The notes under the pieces: generated by a model
Told to the model about the DNA's origin: nothing
What the model saw: the letters and a program-made list of their open reading frames with translations, nothing else
Databases searched by the model: none
Program-made: the position numbers and the translations under genes
In this document: positions 54,445 to 63,975 of the stretch, in pieces
Position numbering within the stretch: the first letter of the stretch is position 1
Layout: the number at the start of each line of letters is the position of its first letter
Assembly (NCBI GenBank): GCA_013178155.1
Contig: JABLXH010000006.1
Location: 37,292 to 101,291, forward strand
DNA: 64,000 nucleotides
Origin: Armatimonadota bacterium
Lineage (GTDB): Bacteria; Armatimonadota; Zipacnadia; Zipacnadales; UBA11051
Reading direction: 5' to 3'

Positions 54445-55821
54445 ATGGCTAATCGCGTCATGGTGATCGGCTGGGACTGCGCTCCTCCGGAGCTGGTTCT
54501 GGATGCCTGGAAGAACGAGCTGCCCAACATCGGCAGACTCATGCAGACCGGCATGTACGGGCCCTTGCGCAGCACCGACCCGCCCATCACCGTGCCAGCC
54601 TGGACGTCCATGATGTCTTCGCGCAATCCTGGCGTCCTGGGGTTCTATGGGTTTCGCAACCGCCGCACCGGGGAATATGATGGCAAGTTCATCGCCACCT
54701 CCAGCGCCATCAAGGTCCCTCGGGCCTGGGAGATTGCCTCGCAGGCCGGCAAGCGCGTCTGTGTGCTCAATGTCCCTCAGACCTATCCCATCAAACCGGT
54801 CAACGGCGTGGTGGTCTCGTGTTTCCTGACCCCGAGCACGGATAGCGACTTCGTCTATCCGAAGGAGCTGAAGAAAGAGGTCCAGCAAGTTGCGGACGGC
54901 TACATCATTGATGTGGACAACTTCCGCACCGAGGACAAGCAGTGGCTGCTGGACGAGATCTACCGCATGACCGACAAGCAGTTCGCGGTGGCCAGGCACT
55001 TCCTCCAGAAGGAAAGATGGGACTTCTTCATGCAGGTCCAGATGGGGCCGGACCGCCTGGGTCACGGCTTCTGGAAATACTGCGACGTCACGCACCCCAA
55101 GTACGAGGTAGGCAACTGCTTCGAGGGGGCCATGCTGGACTACTACCGGCATATTGATGCCCAGCTCGGCGAGTTGGTGTCGCTGGCCGGCGATGACGTC
55201 ACCGTGCTGGTGGTCTCCGACCACGGTGGCAAGGCGATGAAGGGGTCACTCAACCTCAATGAGTGGCTCATGAACGAGGGCTACCTCGTCCTGAAGGAGC
55301 CCGTCAGCGGGGTCACGCGGTTCCGCGAGGAGATGGTGGACTGGTCCAGGACGAAGGCCTGGGGCTGGGGCGGGTACTACGCGCGGGTCTTTATGAATGT
55401 CGAGGGTCGGGAACCTCAGGGCATCATTCCCCAGTCTGAATACGAGCGGGAGCGGGCCGAACTGATCCGCAAGCTGGAGGCCATCCCGGATGACCAGGGC
55501 CGATCCATGGCGACGCACGCGCTGAAGCCCGAGGACCTGTACTACTGCCCGCAGATCCAGGATGCGCCCGACCTCATTGTGTATTTCGACGACCTGCACT
55601 GGCGCGCGGGCCAGGACGTCGGCCACGGCACGATCTGGAGCTTTGACACGGAGATTGGCCCCGACGACTCAGTCCATGACTACTATGGCATGTTCCTGAT
55701 GAGTCCGGCGCCGGCCCCCGGTCGTCGTGATGATCTGAATATTCTGGACGTGGGCCCGACGGTCCTGAAGCTGATGGGCCTGCCGGTGCCGCCGGAAATG
55801 GAAGGCAAGCCCCTCCTGTAG
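54445..55821 (+). CDS. alkaline-phosphatase-superfamily enzyme (type I phosphodiesterase/nucleotide pyrophosphatase-like), function unknown
   Basis: VVSDHGG metal-site motif and a candidate Thr nucleophile in PPITVPAWTSMM. Lies between sat and cysC. Confidence 0.5.
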   Translation: MANRVMVIGWDCAPPELVLDAWKNELPNIGRLMQTGMYGPLRSTDPPITVPAWTSMMSSRNPGVLGFYGFRNRRTGEYDGKFIATSSAIKVPRAWEIASQAGKRVCVLNVPQTYPIKPVNGVVVSCFLTPSTDSDFVYPKELKKEVQQVADGYIIDVDNFRTEDKQWLLDEIYRMTDKQFAVARHFLQKERWDFFMQVQMGPDRLGHGFWKYCDVTHPKYEVGNCFEGAMLDYYRHIDAQLGELVSLAGDDVTVLVVSDHGGKAMKGSLNLNEWLMNEGYLVLKEPVSGVTRFREEMVDWSRTKAWGWGGYYARVFMNVEGREPQGIIPQSEYERERAELIRKLEAIPDDQGRSMATHALKPEDLYYCPQIQDAPDLIVYFDDLHWRAGQDVGHGTIWSFDTEIGPDDSVHDYYGMFLMSPAPAPGRRDDLNILDVGPTVLKLMGLPVPPEMEGKPLL

Positions 55822-55959
55822 ACCCGGGGCGCGGCATGGTCCCATCGCCAGCGCGATGTGGGGGCCACACGAACCTGCCGGGGCAGCATATTGCCCGCAG
55901 GAGAAGTGTACCCGCGGCGGGAAAGCTAACACCATAGTCGCATGACAAGGAGATAGACG

Positions 55960-56490
55960 ATGAGCGAGAAGCCCGGAGCCGTCATCTGGTTCACCGGCCT
56001 GGCTGGGTCGGGCAAGTCCACCATTGCCGGCGTGGTTGAGATGATGCTGCGCGAACGGGGCCTGCCGGTGGAGAATCTCGACGCCGACGAGGTGCGCCAG
56101 AACCTGTCGCCGAACCTGGGCTTCAGCCTTGAAGCGCGCGATGAGAACACCAAGCGGCTGGCCTGGATGGGCAAGATGCTCTCCAAGCACGGCGTGAACG
56201 TCGTCATCGCAGCCGTGGCTACGCTGCGGAAGTTCCGCGACCGGGCCCGCGAGATGTGTCCCCACTTCGTGGAGGTCTATGTCAAGTGCCCGCTGGAGCT
56301 GTGTCAGGAACGCGACCCCAAGGGTCTGTATGCTCGACGGGCGCGAGGCGAGATCAACGACGTGGATGGCATTGACATCCCCTACGAGGAGCCCCTGAAC
56401 CCCGAGGTCGTCATTGATACCTCCACGACGGACATTGAGGCCTGTGCCCTGCAGGTCATCGCCAAGCTTGAGGAACTGAAGTACATCTGA
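55960..56490 (+). CDS. cysC: adenylylsulfate (APS) kinase
   Basis: Walker A FTGLAGSGKST and LDGD-type motif NLDADEVR. 176 aa. Confidence 0.85.
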   Translation: MSEKPGAVIWFTGLAGSGKSTIAGVVEMMLRERGLPVENLDADEVRQNLSPNLGFSLEARDENTKRLAWMGKMLSKHGVNVVIAAVATLRKFRDRAREMCPHFVEVYVKCPLELCQERDPKGLYARRARGEINDVDGIDIPYEEPLNPEVVIDTSTTDIEACALQVIAKLEELKYI

Positions 56491-56673
56491 CGAGCGTGTG
56501 GGCCGGGTCAGCGGTCTCGCGCCGGAGCTGCTTGTGTGAGGACAGGGCCTGCAGGAGGCGGGAAGTGGAAGGGTACGCACGTCGCAGCGCCAGAGGGGGC
56601 CATCGGGCAGGTTCCCAGGGCGCCACGCAGGAGCACTGGCCGCGGACAATGGCCGGTGGGGATGTGATCTGAA

Positions 56674-58134
56674 GTGACTCCTGCCAGCGACCTCAACACG
56701 ATCACCAACGGAGCTCCTTTGCGGCTGGTGGAGCACGCGCACCCCGCGCCGACGGTCACCAGCCATGGCGGGAGCTTCAAGGTCTTGGTGCTGGTTGCCG
56801 ATGTCATGGCAGCGGCGGTGGCGGTCTGGGCGGCCCACTGGCTGCTGAGCGGAGCCGGTCAGCCTGCACCGTCGGCGGCCATGACCTGGTCGGCCGCTGC
56901 TGTGATGGCTGCGTGCTGGACACTGGGGCTGATCACAGGACGTCTTTACACCTTCCGCCCGCGGCGCAGCAGCCTGGTATGGGCGTTGCAGATCCTCATC
57001 TGTCTGGGCGGGGGAACGCTGCTGGCTGTGGCCCTTTCGTTCTTTGTCGGCTCCTCCTTCCCGTTTGACCGCACCAGGCTTCTCCTGGCCACCTTGCTTG
57101 GGTGGCCGTTGTGCTATCTTTGGCGGATGCTTGCCGTGCGGTTCGGTCCCGCCTACCACGTCCGCGACCGCTTGCTGTTGCTGGGTACCGATGATCGCGC
57201 CCGCACCCTGGTGAGCAATCTGCAGCATGGTCACAATGCCCAGGGGGCGGAAATCCTGGGCGCGGTCCGCCTGCCGGGCGAACCCAACGATGACTTTCCA
57301 TGTTCGGTGCTGGGCGAGCTTGATGACTGCATCTCCTTGGCCTCGCGCCTCGAGGCCAATGTGCTGGTGGTGGCACCGACGCCGCCGGTCACCGCCGACG
57401 TCATGCACTGCGCCGCTCACTGCGACGCCATGGGCATCTGCGTATGGAGCATGGAGACTGCCTTTGAGGAACTCACCCTCAGGGCACCCGTCTTCCATGT
57501 TGGCAGTGTGTGGGAGGCGCAACTGGAGAGCGCCAAACGCAGCCGTTACGCCACGCGGCTGAAGCGTTACGCCGATGTGGCCGTTACCCTTCTCCTGATG
57601 CCCTTGGCCCTCGTGCTTATTGGTCTTTGCGCTCTGCTGACGAAGCTCCTGTCCCCGGGCCCCGTCTTCTACCGTCAGGAGCGCGTTGGGAAGGACGGCC
57701 AGATCTTTGATTTCATCAAGATCCGCACCATGGTGGTGGATGCGGAGAAGCACACCGGCCCGGTCTGGGCCACCGCGAACGACCCCCGTATCACTCCGCT
57801 GGGGCGGCTGCTGCGCAAGACGCGCCTGGACGAGTTGCCGCAGCTCTTCCTGGTGCTGAAGGGCGACATGTCGCTTGTGGGTCCGCGGCCGGAGAGGCCC
57901 TTCTTCGTGGAGCAGTTCTCCCGCGAGATACCCCTCTATGAGCGGCGTCTTATGGTTCGCCCGGGCATCACGGGATGGGCCCAGATCCACCACAACTACG
58001 ACCGCAACACCGACGACGTCATCGAGAAACTGCGGTATGACCTTTACTATATCCGTCGCCTCTCCTTCAGCCTTGACCTGGAGATTCTAATCAAGACGGT
58101 CGGGGTCATGTTGCGCACCCAAGGCGCCCACTGA
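56674..58134 (+). CDS. polyprenyl-phosphate hexose-1-phosphate transferase (WbaP/EpsB-type priming glycosyltransferase)
   Basis: GTG start. N-terminal TM helices. C-terminal sugar-transferase domain with DELPQL..VLKGDMSLVGPRP. Confidence 0.7.
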   Translation: MTPASDLNTITNGAPLRLVEHAHPAPTVTSHGGSFKVLVLVADVMAAAVAVWAAHWLLSGAGQPAPSAAMTWSAAAVMAACWTLGLITGRLYTFRPRRSSLVWALQILICLGGGTLLAVALSFFVGSSFPFDRTRLLLATLLGWPLCYLWRMLAVRFGPAYHVRDRLLLLGTDDRARTLVSNLQHGHNAQGAEILGAVRLPGEPNDDFPCSVLGELDDCISLASRLEANVLVVAPTPPVTADVMHCAAHCDAMGICVWSMETAFEELTLRAPVFHVGSVWEAQLESAKRSRYATRLKRYADVAVTLLLMPLALVLIGLCALLTKLLSPGPVFYRQERVGKDGQIFDFIKIRTMVVDAEKHTGPVWATANDPRITPLGRLLRKTRLDELPQLFLVLKGDMSLVGPRPERPFFVEQFSREIPLYERRLMVRPGITGWAQIHHNYDRNTDDVIEKLRYDLYYIRRLSFSLDLEILIKTVGVMLRTQGAH

Positions 58135-58171
58135 CTCTTCAGGCTCCGGAGAAAAGGACTCTCAACTCCCC

Positions 58172-59395
58172 ATGCAGACCTTTGTGCAGATTGGCGCCGG
58201 GAACATCGGGCGCTCCTTTGTGGGCCAGCTCTTCTCGCGGGCCGGCTACGAAGTTGTCTTTGTGGACGTGGTACCGGAGGTCATCGCAGCCCTCAATGCG
58301 CGCCAATCCTATCCGGTCGAGATCAAGGACCGCAACCCGGAGACCATCTGGGTCGAGAACGTGCGGGGCGTGGACGGGCGCGACCAGGACGCCGTCGCGC
58401 GGGAGCTGGCCGCCTGTCGCTGCTGCGCTACCGCTGTGGGGCCCAAGGCTCTCCCCCACGTCCTGCCCAACCTGGCCGCTGGCCTGAAGCTGCGCCACGC
58501 CCTGGGTGGTACGCCCCTAGACATCATCCTCTGCGAGAACATGCGTGATGCCGCCCGGTTCGTGCGCGAGGGGCTGCGGCCGCTGCTGCCGGACGATTTC
58601 CCGCTGGACGAGATGGCTGGGCTGGTGGAGACCAGTATTGGCAAGATGGTGCCGATCATCCCGGATGACGTGCGCGCACGCGACCCACTGCTGGTCTACG
58701 CCGAGGCGTACAACACGCTCATCTGCGATGCCAGGGCGTTCCGCAACCCGATCCCCGATGTGCCGGGGCTGGACCCCAAACCTAACATGAAGGCCTATGT
58801 GGACCGCAAGTCCTTCATCCACAACCTGGGGCATGCCCTCTGCGCCTACTTGGGCTACCTTGAGGACCCGTCACTGCGCTACACCTGGCAGGCTGTGGAG
58901 CATCCCATCGTCGGGCCTGCGGTACGGGCGGGCATGTGGGAGTCAGGCCGGGCGCTCATCGCCGCCTACCCCGAGGAGTTCAACGAGGCCAACCAGGCCG
59001 AGCATATCGAGGACCTGCTGCAGCGCTTTGCCAACAAGGCCCTGGGGGACACCCTGCACCGTGTGGGCCGTGACTTGACGCGGAAGCTCTCCCGGGAGGA
59101 TCGGGTGGTGGGGGCCCTGCTGTGCGACCTGCAGCATGGCGTGGAGGCGCCGGTGACGGCCTTGTGCGCTGCCGCTGGTCTGCGCTTCCGTGCCCCGGAC
59201 GAGCATGGAGCTCTGTTCCCTCCCGACCAGGCTTTCCTGGACACCGTCGTTCCCCGCGGACTGGACCATGTGCTAGAGACCGTCTGTGGCCTGGACCCCA
59301 CCCGGGAGCTTGACGCGCGCGCCTGCGAGTTGATACGTTCCGCGGACGCCAAGATAGCCAGTGCTCTTGCCGAAGGAGTGTCGCCACTGACTTGA
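58172..59395 (+). CDS. mtlD: mannitol-1-phosphate 5-dehydrogenase-like (mannitol dehydrogenase family)
   Basis: QIGAGNIGRSFVG, NARQSY, ATAVGP and ILCENM align with E. coli MtlD motifs HFGAGNIGRGFIG, NARHSY, TTAVGP and IIACENM. Confidence 0.7.
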   Translation: MQTFVQIGAGNIGRSFVGQLFSRAGYEVVFVDVVPEVIAALNARQSYPVEIKDRNPETIWVENVRGVDGRDQDAVARELAACRCCATAVGPKALPHVLPNLAAGLKLRHALGGTPLDIILCENMRDAARFVREGLRPLLPDDFPLDEMAGLVETSIGKMVPIIPDDVRARDPLLVYAEAYNTLICDARAFRNPIPDVPGLDPKPNMKAYVDRKSFIHNLGHALCAYLGYLEDPSLRYTWQAVEHPIVGPAVRAGMWESGRALIAAYPEEFNEANQAEHIEDLLQRFANKALGDTLHRVGRDLTRKLSREDRVVGALLCDLQHGVEAPVTALCAAAGLRFRAPDEHGALFPPDQAFLDTVVPRGLDHVLETVCGLDPTRELDARACELIRSADAKIASALAEGVSPLT

Positions 59396-59417
59396 GGCAC
59401 CCTTGAGCGTCCCCTGA

Positions 59418-60917
59418 GTGCAGCGACAAGCGCCGCTGCTATCGTGGGCGCTGCAGAGGTGTGCCACCGTGCCAACACCTGTACCGCGCGTGTTGCCTCG
59501 TTGCCTGGGCCTGTCACTGGTAGTGACAGGCCTTCTGCTGTTGTCGGCATGGACCACTCAGGCTCAGCAGTCGCTACCGAGCTGCGCCGAGCGCTTGCAG
59601 CTCCTGGGACGCGCGCTCAGTGCCTATGCGGCCGACCATGCTGGCAGCCTGCCTCCGGACCTGGGCACACTCTATCGGGACCGTTACGTAAGCTGCGAGC
59701 TGTGGGCTTTCTGGTGTCCCGAAGACTCCGGGACCCAGCGGCTACCGACCACGATAGACACCAGCGGCAGCTACGAGCTGGTCGCTGAGCGCCTCGAACC
59801 CGGCAGCGACAGGCCCCTGGTGCGCGAGCGCGCAGCCCGTCACGGGGGCGACGGTCTCTCGGGACGCTATCGCCATGTCCTGCTGCAAGACGGGCGCGTT
59901 GTTCAGCAGATGGAGGAGACCGCTTCACCCACGTCGGGCCCGGCCACTGACCGCCCGCCCACGGTGCAGTTCGCCAGCGGCTCAAGGACTGACTGGGAGC
60001 CCTACGAGTCCGTTGCCTACCAGTGGGTCGGCAGCGATGACCAGACGGCGCCCGATCGCCTCGAATACCGTCTCAACTTCAGCCTGACGGGTATGTCGGA
60101 CTGGTCGCCAACCACCCACGTGGAGTTGGGCCGCCTACGGCCCGGGGACCATGTCCTGGAGGTGTGGGTCCGAGACGTCAGCGGACAGGTCTGTCTGTCC
60201 CCGGCGTACCTGCGGTTTCACGTGCGACCGCGCAACCCCATTGCGCGCATGGAACCGGTCGAACGCCGGATGCAGACTTTGCCCAAGGCTCCCACCAGCC
60301 CACCTGCACGGCCGCTTTGGTATGACCAGAAGTCGCCGTTGCGGAGGGTGGACATCCGTACTGTGGACCCCGAGGCCGACATCATTCGGGCACGACAGGA
60401 GGGGGCCGACCTCACGGGGCCCTATGTGGCTGCGGATGACCCCGGGCGCTTCCAGCCAGACCAGACCGGCTTTGCCCCCCTGGTATTCAGACGCGGTTTC
60501 CCGTGGCTACACGTCATGCTCTACTTCGCCGTGCTGCCCGGCGCCTCGCGTCCCGACTTCAGCTACGACCTGACCTGGAACGGCCGGACCATCGGCAAGC
60601 AGCGGATACCCAGCACTGAGGCTGACGGCCGTATCCTGCATCTGCGTCTGCACATGGTCACCGCCAGCGAGTTCCGCGTCGGCAAGTACCGCCTGGGCGT
60701 AAGCGTGAACGAGGCGCGTGTATGCGACCTGTTCTTCAACGTGGTGGAAGGCCCGGTTGACGGCAATTTCGCCCAGCCGGTGCGTTGTACCACACTGCAG
60801 GGCCTTCGTCTCGGCACCGACAAAGCGAGCCTGTCACGCCAACTGCCAATGGCCAGCGGGACGCGCGCCCCAGAGACGATTGAACTCCCCGAGGTGACCG
60901 CCGCGACGAGTAGCTAA
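59418..60917 (+). CDS. secreted hypothetical protein
   Basis: N-terminal hydrophobic segment LSLVVTGLLLLSAWTTQA. 499 aa. No family recognised. Confidence 0.4.
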   Translation: MQRQAPLLSWALQRCATVPTPVPRVLPRCLGLSLVVTGLLLLSAWTTQAQQSLPSCAERLQLLGRALSAYAADHAGSLPPDLGTLYRDRYVSCELWAFWCPEDSGTQRLPTTIDTSGSYELVAERLEPGSDRPLVRERAARHGGDGLSGRYRHVLLQDGRVVQQMEETASPTSGPATDRPPTVQFASGSRTDWEPYESVAYQWVGSDDQTAPDRLEYRLNFSLTGMSDWSPTTHVELGRLRPGDHVLEVWVRDVSGQVCLSPAYLRFHVRPRNPIARMEPVERRMQTLPKAPTSPPARPLWYDQKSPLRRVDIRTVDPEADIIRARQEGADLTGPYVAADDPGRFQPDQTGFAPLVFRRGFPWLHVMLYFAVLPGASRPDFSYDLTWNGRTIGKQRIPSTEADGRILHLRLHMVTASEFRVGKYRLGVSVNEARVCDLFFNVVEGPVDGNFAQPVRCTTLQGLRLGTDKASLSRQLPMASGTRAPETIELPEVTAATSS

Positions 60918-60980
60918 CCCACGCCCCAAGGTCTGACCCCATCACCTGCCGAATAGTGGTCGTGGCAGGTGAAGCCCACG

Positions 60981-61784
60981 ATGTCTATCCTGGACGAGAT
61001 TGTGGCCCGGCGGAGAGAGCGCCTCGAGGAGGAGAAGCAGGCCCTCCCCCTGGCCGAGGTACAGGCCCGACTGGCGGACCAGCAGGACCGGATCCGCAAC
61101 TTCCCCATGGCGCTGCGCGGCGAGAAGGTGCGGGTCATCGCCGAGATCAAACGCGCCAGCCCTTCCGAGGGCGAACTCAATCTTCTTTTTGATCCGCGCT
61201 TCCTGGCGCAGGACTACGCCGGGGGCGGTGCGGCGGCCATCAGTGTGCTGACCGAGCGCGACTACTTCGCCGGTGAGGCAGTGCACCTGGTCCGGGCCCG
61301 CAAGTACATGCCGCTACCGGTCCTGCGCAAGGACTTCATCGTTGACGCCTACCAGGTCTACCACTCCCGGCTGATCCGGGCCGACGCACTGCTGCTGATC
61401 GCGACAGTCCTGGATGCCTACGAACTGGAGGACCTTCTGGCTCTGACCCACGAGCTGGGGATGCATGCCCTGGTCGAGACCCATGACGAGTCCGACATGC
61501 TCAAGGCACTGGCCTGCGGTGCGAGGATCGTCGGCATCAACAACCGTGACCTGAAGACGATGAAGACCGACTTGGGCCAGACGGAGCGCCTGGCGGGGAT
61601 GGTTCCCGCTGACCGGATTCTGGTGAGTGAAAGTGGAATCCACGGGCGGGAGGATGTCGAGCGTCTGGCCGCGGCAGGGGTGGACGCGGTGCTGGTCGGG
61701 ACGATGCTGGTGAAATCCGACAAACCTGGCATCCTGCTGCGGCAACTGGTGGGGGTGCCCGCAGACTCGAACCGACGGGTGTAG
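60981..61784 (+). CDS. trpC: indole-3-glycerol phosphate synthase
   Basis: MSILDEIVARRRERL, IAEIKRASPS and GINNRDL motifs are present. Confidence 0.85.
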   Translation: MSILDEIVARRRERLEEEKQALPLAEVQARLADQQDRIRNFPMALRGEKVRVIAEIKRASPSEGELNLLFDPRFLAQDYAGGGAAAISVLTERDYFAGEAVHLVRARKYMPLPVLRKDFIVDAYQVYHSRLIRADALLLIATVLDAYELEDLLALTHELGMHALVETHDESDMLKALACGARIVGINNRDLKTMKTDLGQTERLAGMVPADRILVSESGIHGREDVERLAAAGVDAVLVGTMLVKSDKPGILLRQLVGVPADSNRRV

Positions 61785-61837
61785 TACGTTCAGAGGGGCC
61801 AGCCGCCGGCGGGCACTGAAGTACCCGCCTGGGTGGG

Positions 61838-62042
61838 GAACGTCCCCATGGGACGGGGCAGCTATCGCGTCCCGAAGGGACGCTCCCATATCAGACGGGT
61901 TTTCAACCCCCCGGCGGACCGTAGGGCGGCAGGGTTTTCGCCCCGGGCGACCGTCCCCATGGGACGGGGTAGCTATCGCGTCCCGAAGGGACGCTGCCAT
62001 ACCAGACGGGGGTTTCAACCCCCGTCCGTACCGGGGTCAGGC
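61838..62042. repeat. two tandem copies of a three-hairpin structured element (about 110 and 93 nt; about 75 nt nearly identical)
   Basis: Copy 1 runs from 61838 and copy 2 from 61950. Shared hairpins: CGTCCC-cat-GGGACG, GCGTCCC-gaa-GGGACGC, and GACGGGGG-tttcaa-CCCCCGTC (shorter in copy 1). The region lies between convergent trpC and LmbE-like genes. Confidence 0.6.
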
Positions 62043-62891
62043 CTAACCGAACTTTGTGACCCGTTCCGTGGTCTCGTCCTGGAAACGGGCGATGTACTGC
62101 TTGAGCAGCTCTGCAGGTGCCAGGTCAGGGTCCTTTAGCAGCGGCGTCAAGTCCATGGCGAAGTTGAGCGACTGGCTTTCATCCACACCGTGGCTGGCGA
62201 AGTAAGTGGCATGGGCCTTCCGTCGCCCGGCCGTCGCCAGATCATAGCGCTTGCCACCACAGACCTGCGAGTCGTAAACCCCCATCAGCGCCGCCGCCAG
62301 GTTCTCGTGCGGAGTGCAGTCAAACAGCACCTTGTCCTCGTCGGTCAGCCAGTCCAGGTCCCGCCAGACCTCGCAGCCATACACGGCCTTGGGCTGCTGT
62401 TCGGCGGGCAGCTCTCGCAAGGCCTTGATGACCCGCAGCGCCACGCCGACGTGCGTGTCGTGCTTGTCTGCCAGGTTGTGGGTATACAGCACCCGCGGCT
62501 GGCAAAGAGCGAAGATGGCCTTCAGTTCCTCGACCAGATTCGGGTCATTGGGGTCCTTGACGGCGGAACTCGGGTAGTCCAGCAGGAAACAGGCACCGTA
62601 CTCGCCCACATAAGCGGCCTTCTTCTCCTCGGCCGCACGGACAGCCCGCATCTGCTCGTCTGTGTAGTCCTTGTAGAGGTCGTCGCGAGGGCTGCCAGCG
62701 CCGTTGGTGACGGTGACACCCGCAAACCACTTGTCCTTCTGTCCGAAGCACTGCAGTACACCGTACATGGCCCCGATAGGGATGTCATCCTGGTGGGCCA
62801 TCACGGCCATGTGGGTCGTTCGCGTCAGCGCCTCCGGCAACGGCGCACAGTCCGGTATGTACAGCGAAGCACCCGGGTTCTTCAGTTCCAT
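62043..62891 (-). CDS. PIG-L/LmbE-family N-acetylglucosaminyl deacetylase-like protein
   Basis: MAVMAHQDDIPIG is a variant of the AHPDDE zinc-binding motif. 282 aa. Confidence 0.55.
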   Translation of the reverse strand: MELKNPGASLYIPDCAPLPEALTRTTHMAVMAHQDDIPIGAMYGVLQCFGQKDKWFAGVTVTNGAGSPRDDLYKDYTDEQMRAVRAAEEKKAAYVGEYGACFLLDYPSSAVKDPNDPNLVEELKAIFALCQPRVLYTHNLADKHDTHVGVALRVIKALRELPAEQQPKAVYGCEVWRDLDWLTDEDKVLFDCTPHENLAAALMGVYDSQVCGGKRYDLATAGRRKAHATYFASHGVDESQSLNFAMDLTPLLKDPDLAPAELLKQYIARFQDETTERVTKFG

Positions 62892-62943
62892 GGGTTACAC
62901 CACCCTATCATAGGGGCGCAGGCTCAGGCGCCCGTTGTCGGCT

Positions 62944-63975
62944 CTACGCTTGCCCGCAGCAGCCGCAGCCCTTGCTCTCGATCTCCGGCAGGCTGGCGGC
63001 CGCCACGGACTGCCCCACGCGGCGGCTGGACTCATCGGGCAGGTGGAGCTGGATCTTGGCCGCCAGGTCCGGGAACTCGCCCTCCAGCACCTTCCTCGCC
63101 TGCTGCTGGATGATAACCCCGCCCTCACCGGTGGTGGCGCGGCCCAGAATCAGGCAGTGCTGGATCTCGTAGAAGTCGGCGTAATGGGCCAAGGCGTAGC
63201 CGAACCATGTGCCCACGGTCTCATAGACCGGTATCACCCGCTCGTCGCCAGCTTTCATCAGGTCCTGAACCACGACGAGCTTCTCCGGCAGGCCCAGACC
63301 GGCCTCGAACTCGATACCCGCCGCTTCGGCGGCGCGGACGACGCCAGTCTGGTTGAAGTACTGCACCCCACAGCCGATGTCGCCAGACCACTCGTCAGCC
63401 GGGGCGCTCGGGGCGTAGTCAATGGGCGCGAAGGCCAGCTCGTTGAGCCAGCCGGTGATGTTGCCCTCCGGCGTCACATAGCCCGCCGCCTCGCTGGTGC
63501 CCATGGCGATGCCCAGGACGGCGTTGGCGTTCAGCTCCATCGAGCCGGCCAGAGCGGTGACCTCGCCGTCATTGACGATGGTCAGCGGCACCCCCCATTC
63601 CTTGCCGATGTTGACGAACAAGTCCTTTACCTCGCGGTCAAAGACGTCGCGCGGAATGCCCCTGAAGAGGGAGGCGACCAGCACGCGGTTATTGATCCAC
63701 ACGCCTGCCGCTGAGCCGCCGATGGCGTCCACCCGGGGCATCTTGGAGGCGGCAATGCGCAGGCCCTCGTTGATACGCGCCCTATGGTAGCCGGGATCGG
63801 TCTGGCCCTTCGGGTCCCAGGGGAACTCGTCGGCCCATACCGGCTCGCCGTTGACCACTGCCGCCAGCTTGTAGTCCGAACCGCCCAGGTCAATGCCGAT
63901 GCGGCAGCCGTCCAGGTGCCGGCCCAGCGGTCGGGTCTCCTCGCGGGTGTCGGGGACGTCGGACGCGGCCATCAC
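62944..63975 (-). CDS. ASKHA-superfamily sugar kinase (ROK/BadF-type)
   Basis: IGIDLGGSDYKLAAV phosphate-1 motif, and DGEVTALAG. The family is uncertain. Confidence 0.35.
   Translation of the reverse strand: MMAASDVPDTREETRPLGRHLDGCRIGIDLGGSDYKLAAVVNGEPVWADEFPWDPKGQTDPGYHRARINEGLRIAASKMPRVDAIGGSAAGVWINNRVLVASLFRGIPRDVFDREVKDLFVNIGKEWGVPLTIVNDGEVTALAGSMELNANAVLGIAMGTSEAAGYVTPEGNITGWLNELAFAPIDYAPSAPADEWSGDIGCGVQYFNQTGVVRAAEAAGIEFEAGLGLPEKLVVVQDLMKAGDERVIPVYETVGTWFGYALAHYADFYEIQHCLILGRATTGEGGVIIQQQARKVLEGEFPDLAAKIQLHLPDESSRRVGQSVAAASLPEIESKGCGCCGQA

Noticed and set aside
61838-62042. CRISPR array.
   Set aside because: Only two repeat copies. The repeats are long (about 75 nt), with no unique spacers of regular size, and no cas genes are nearby.
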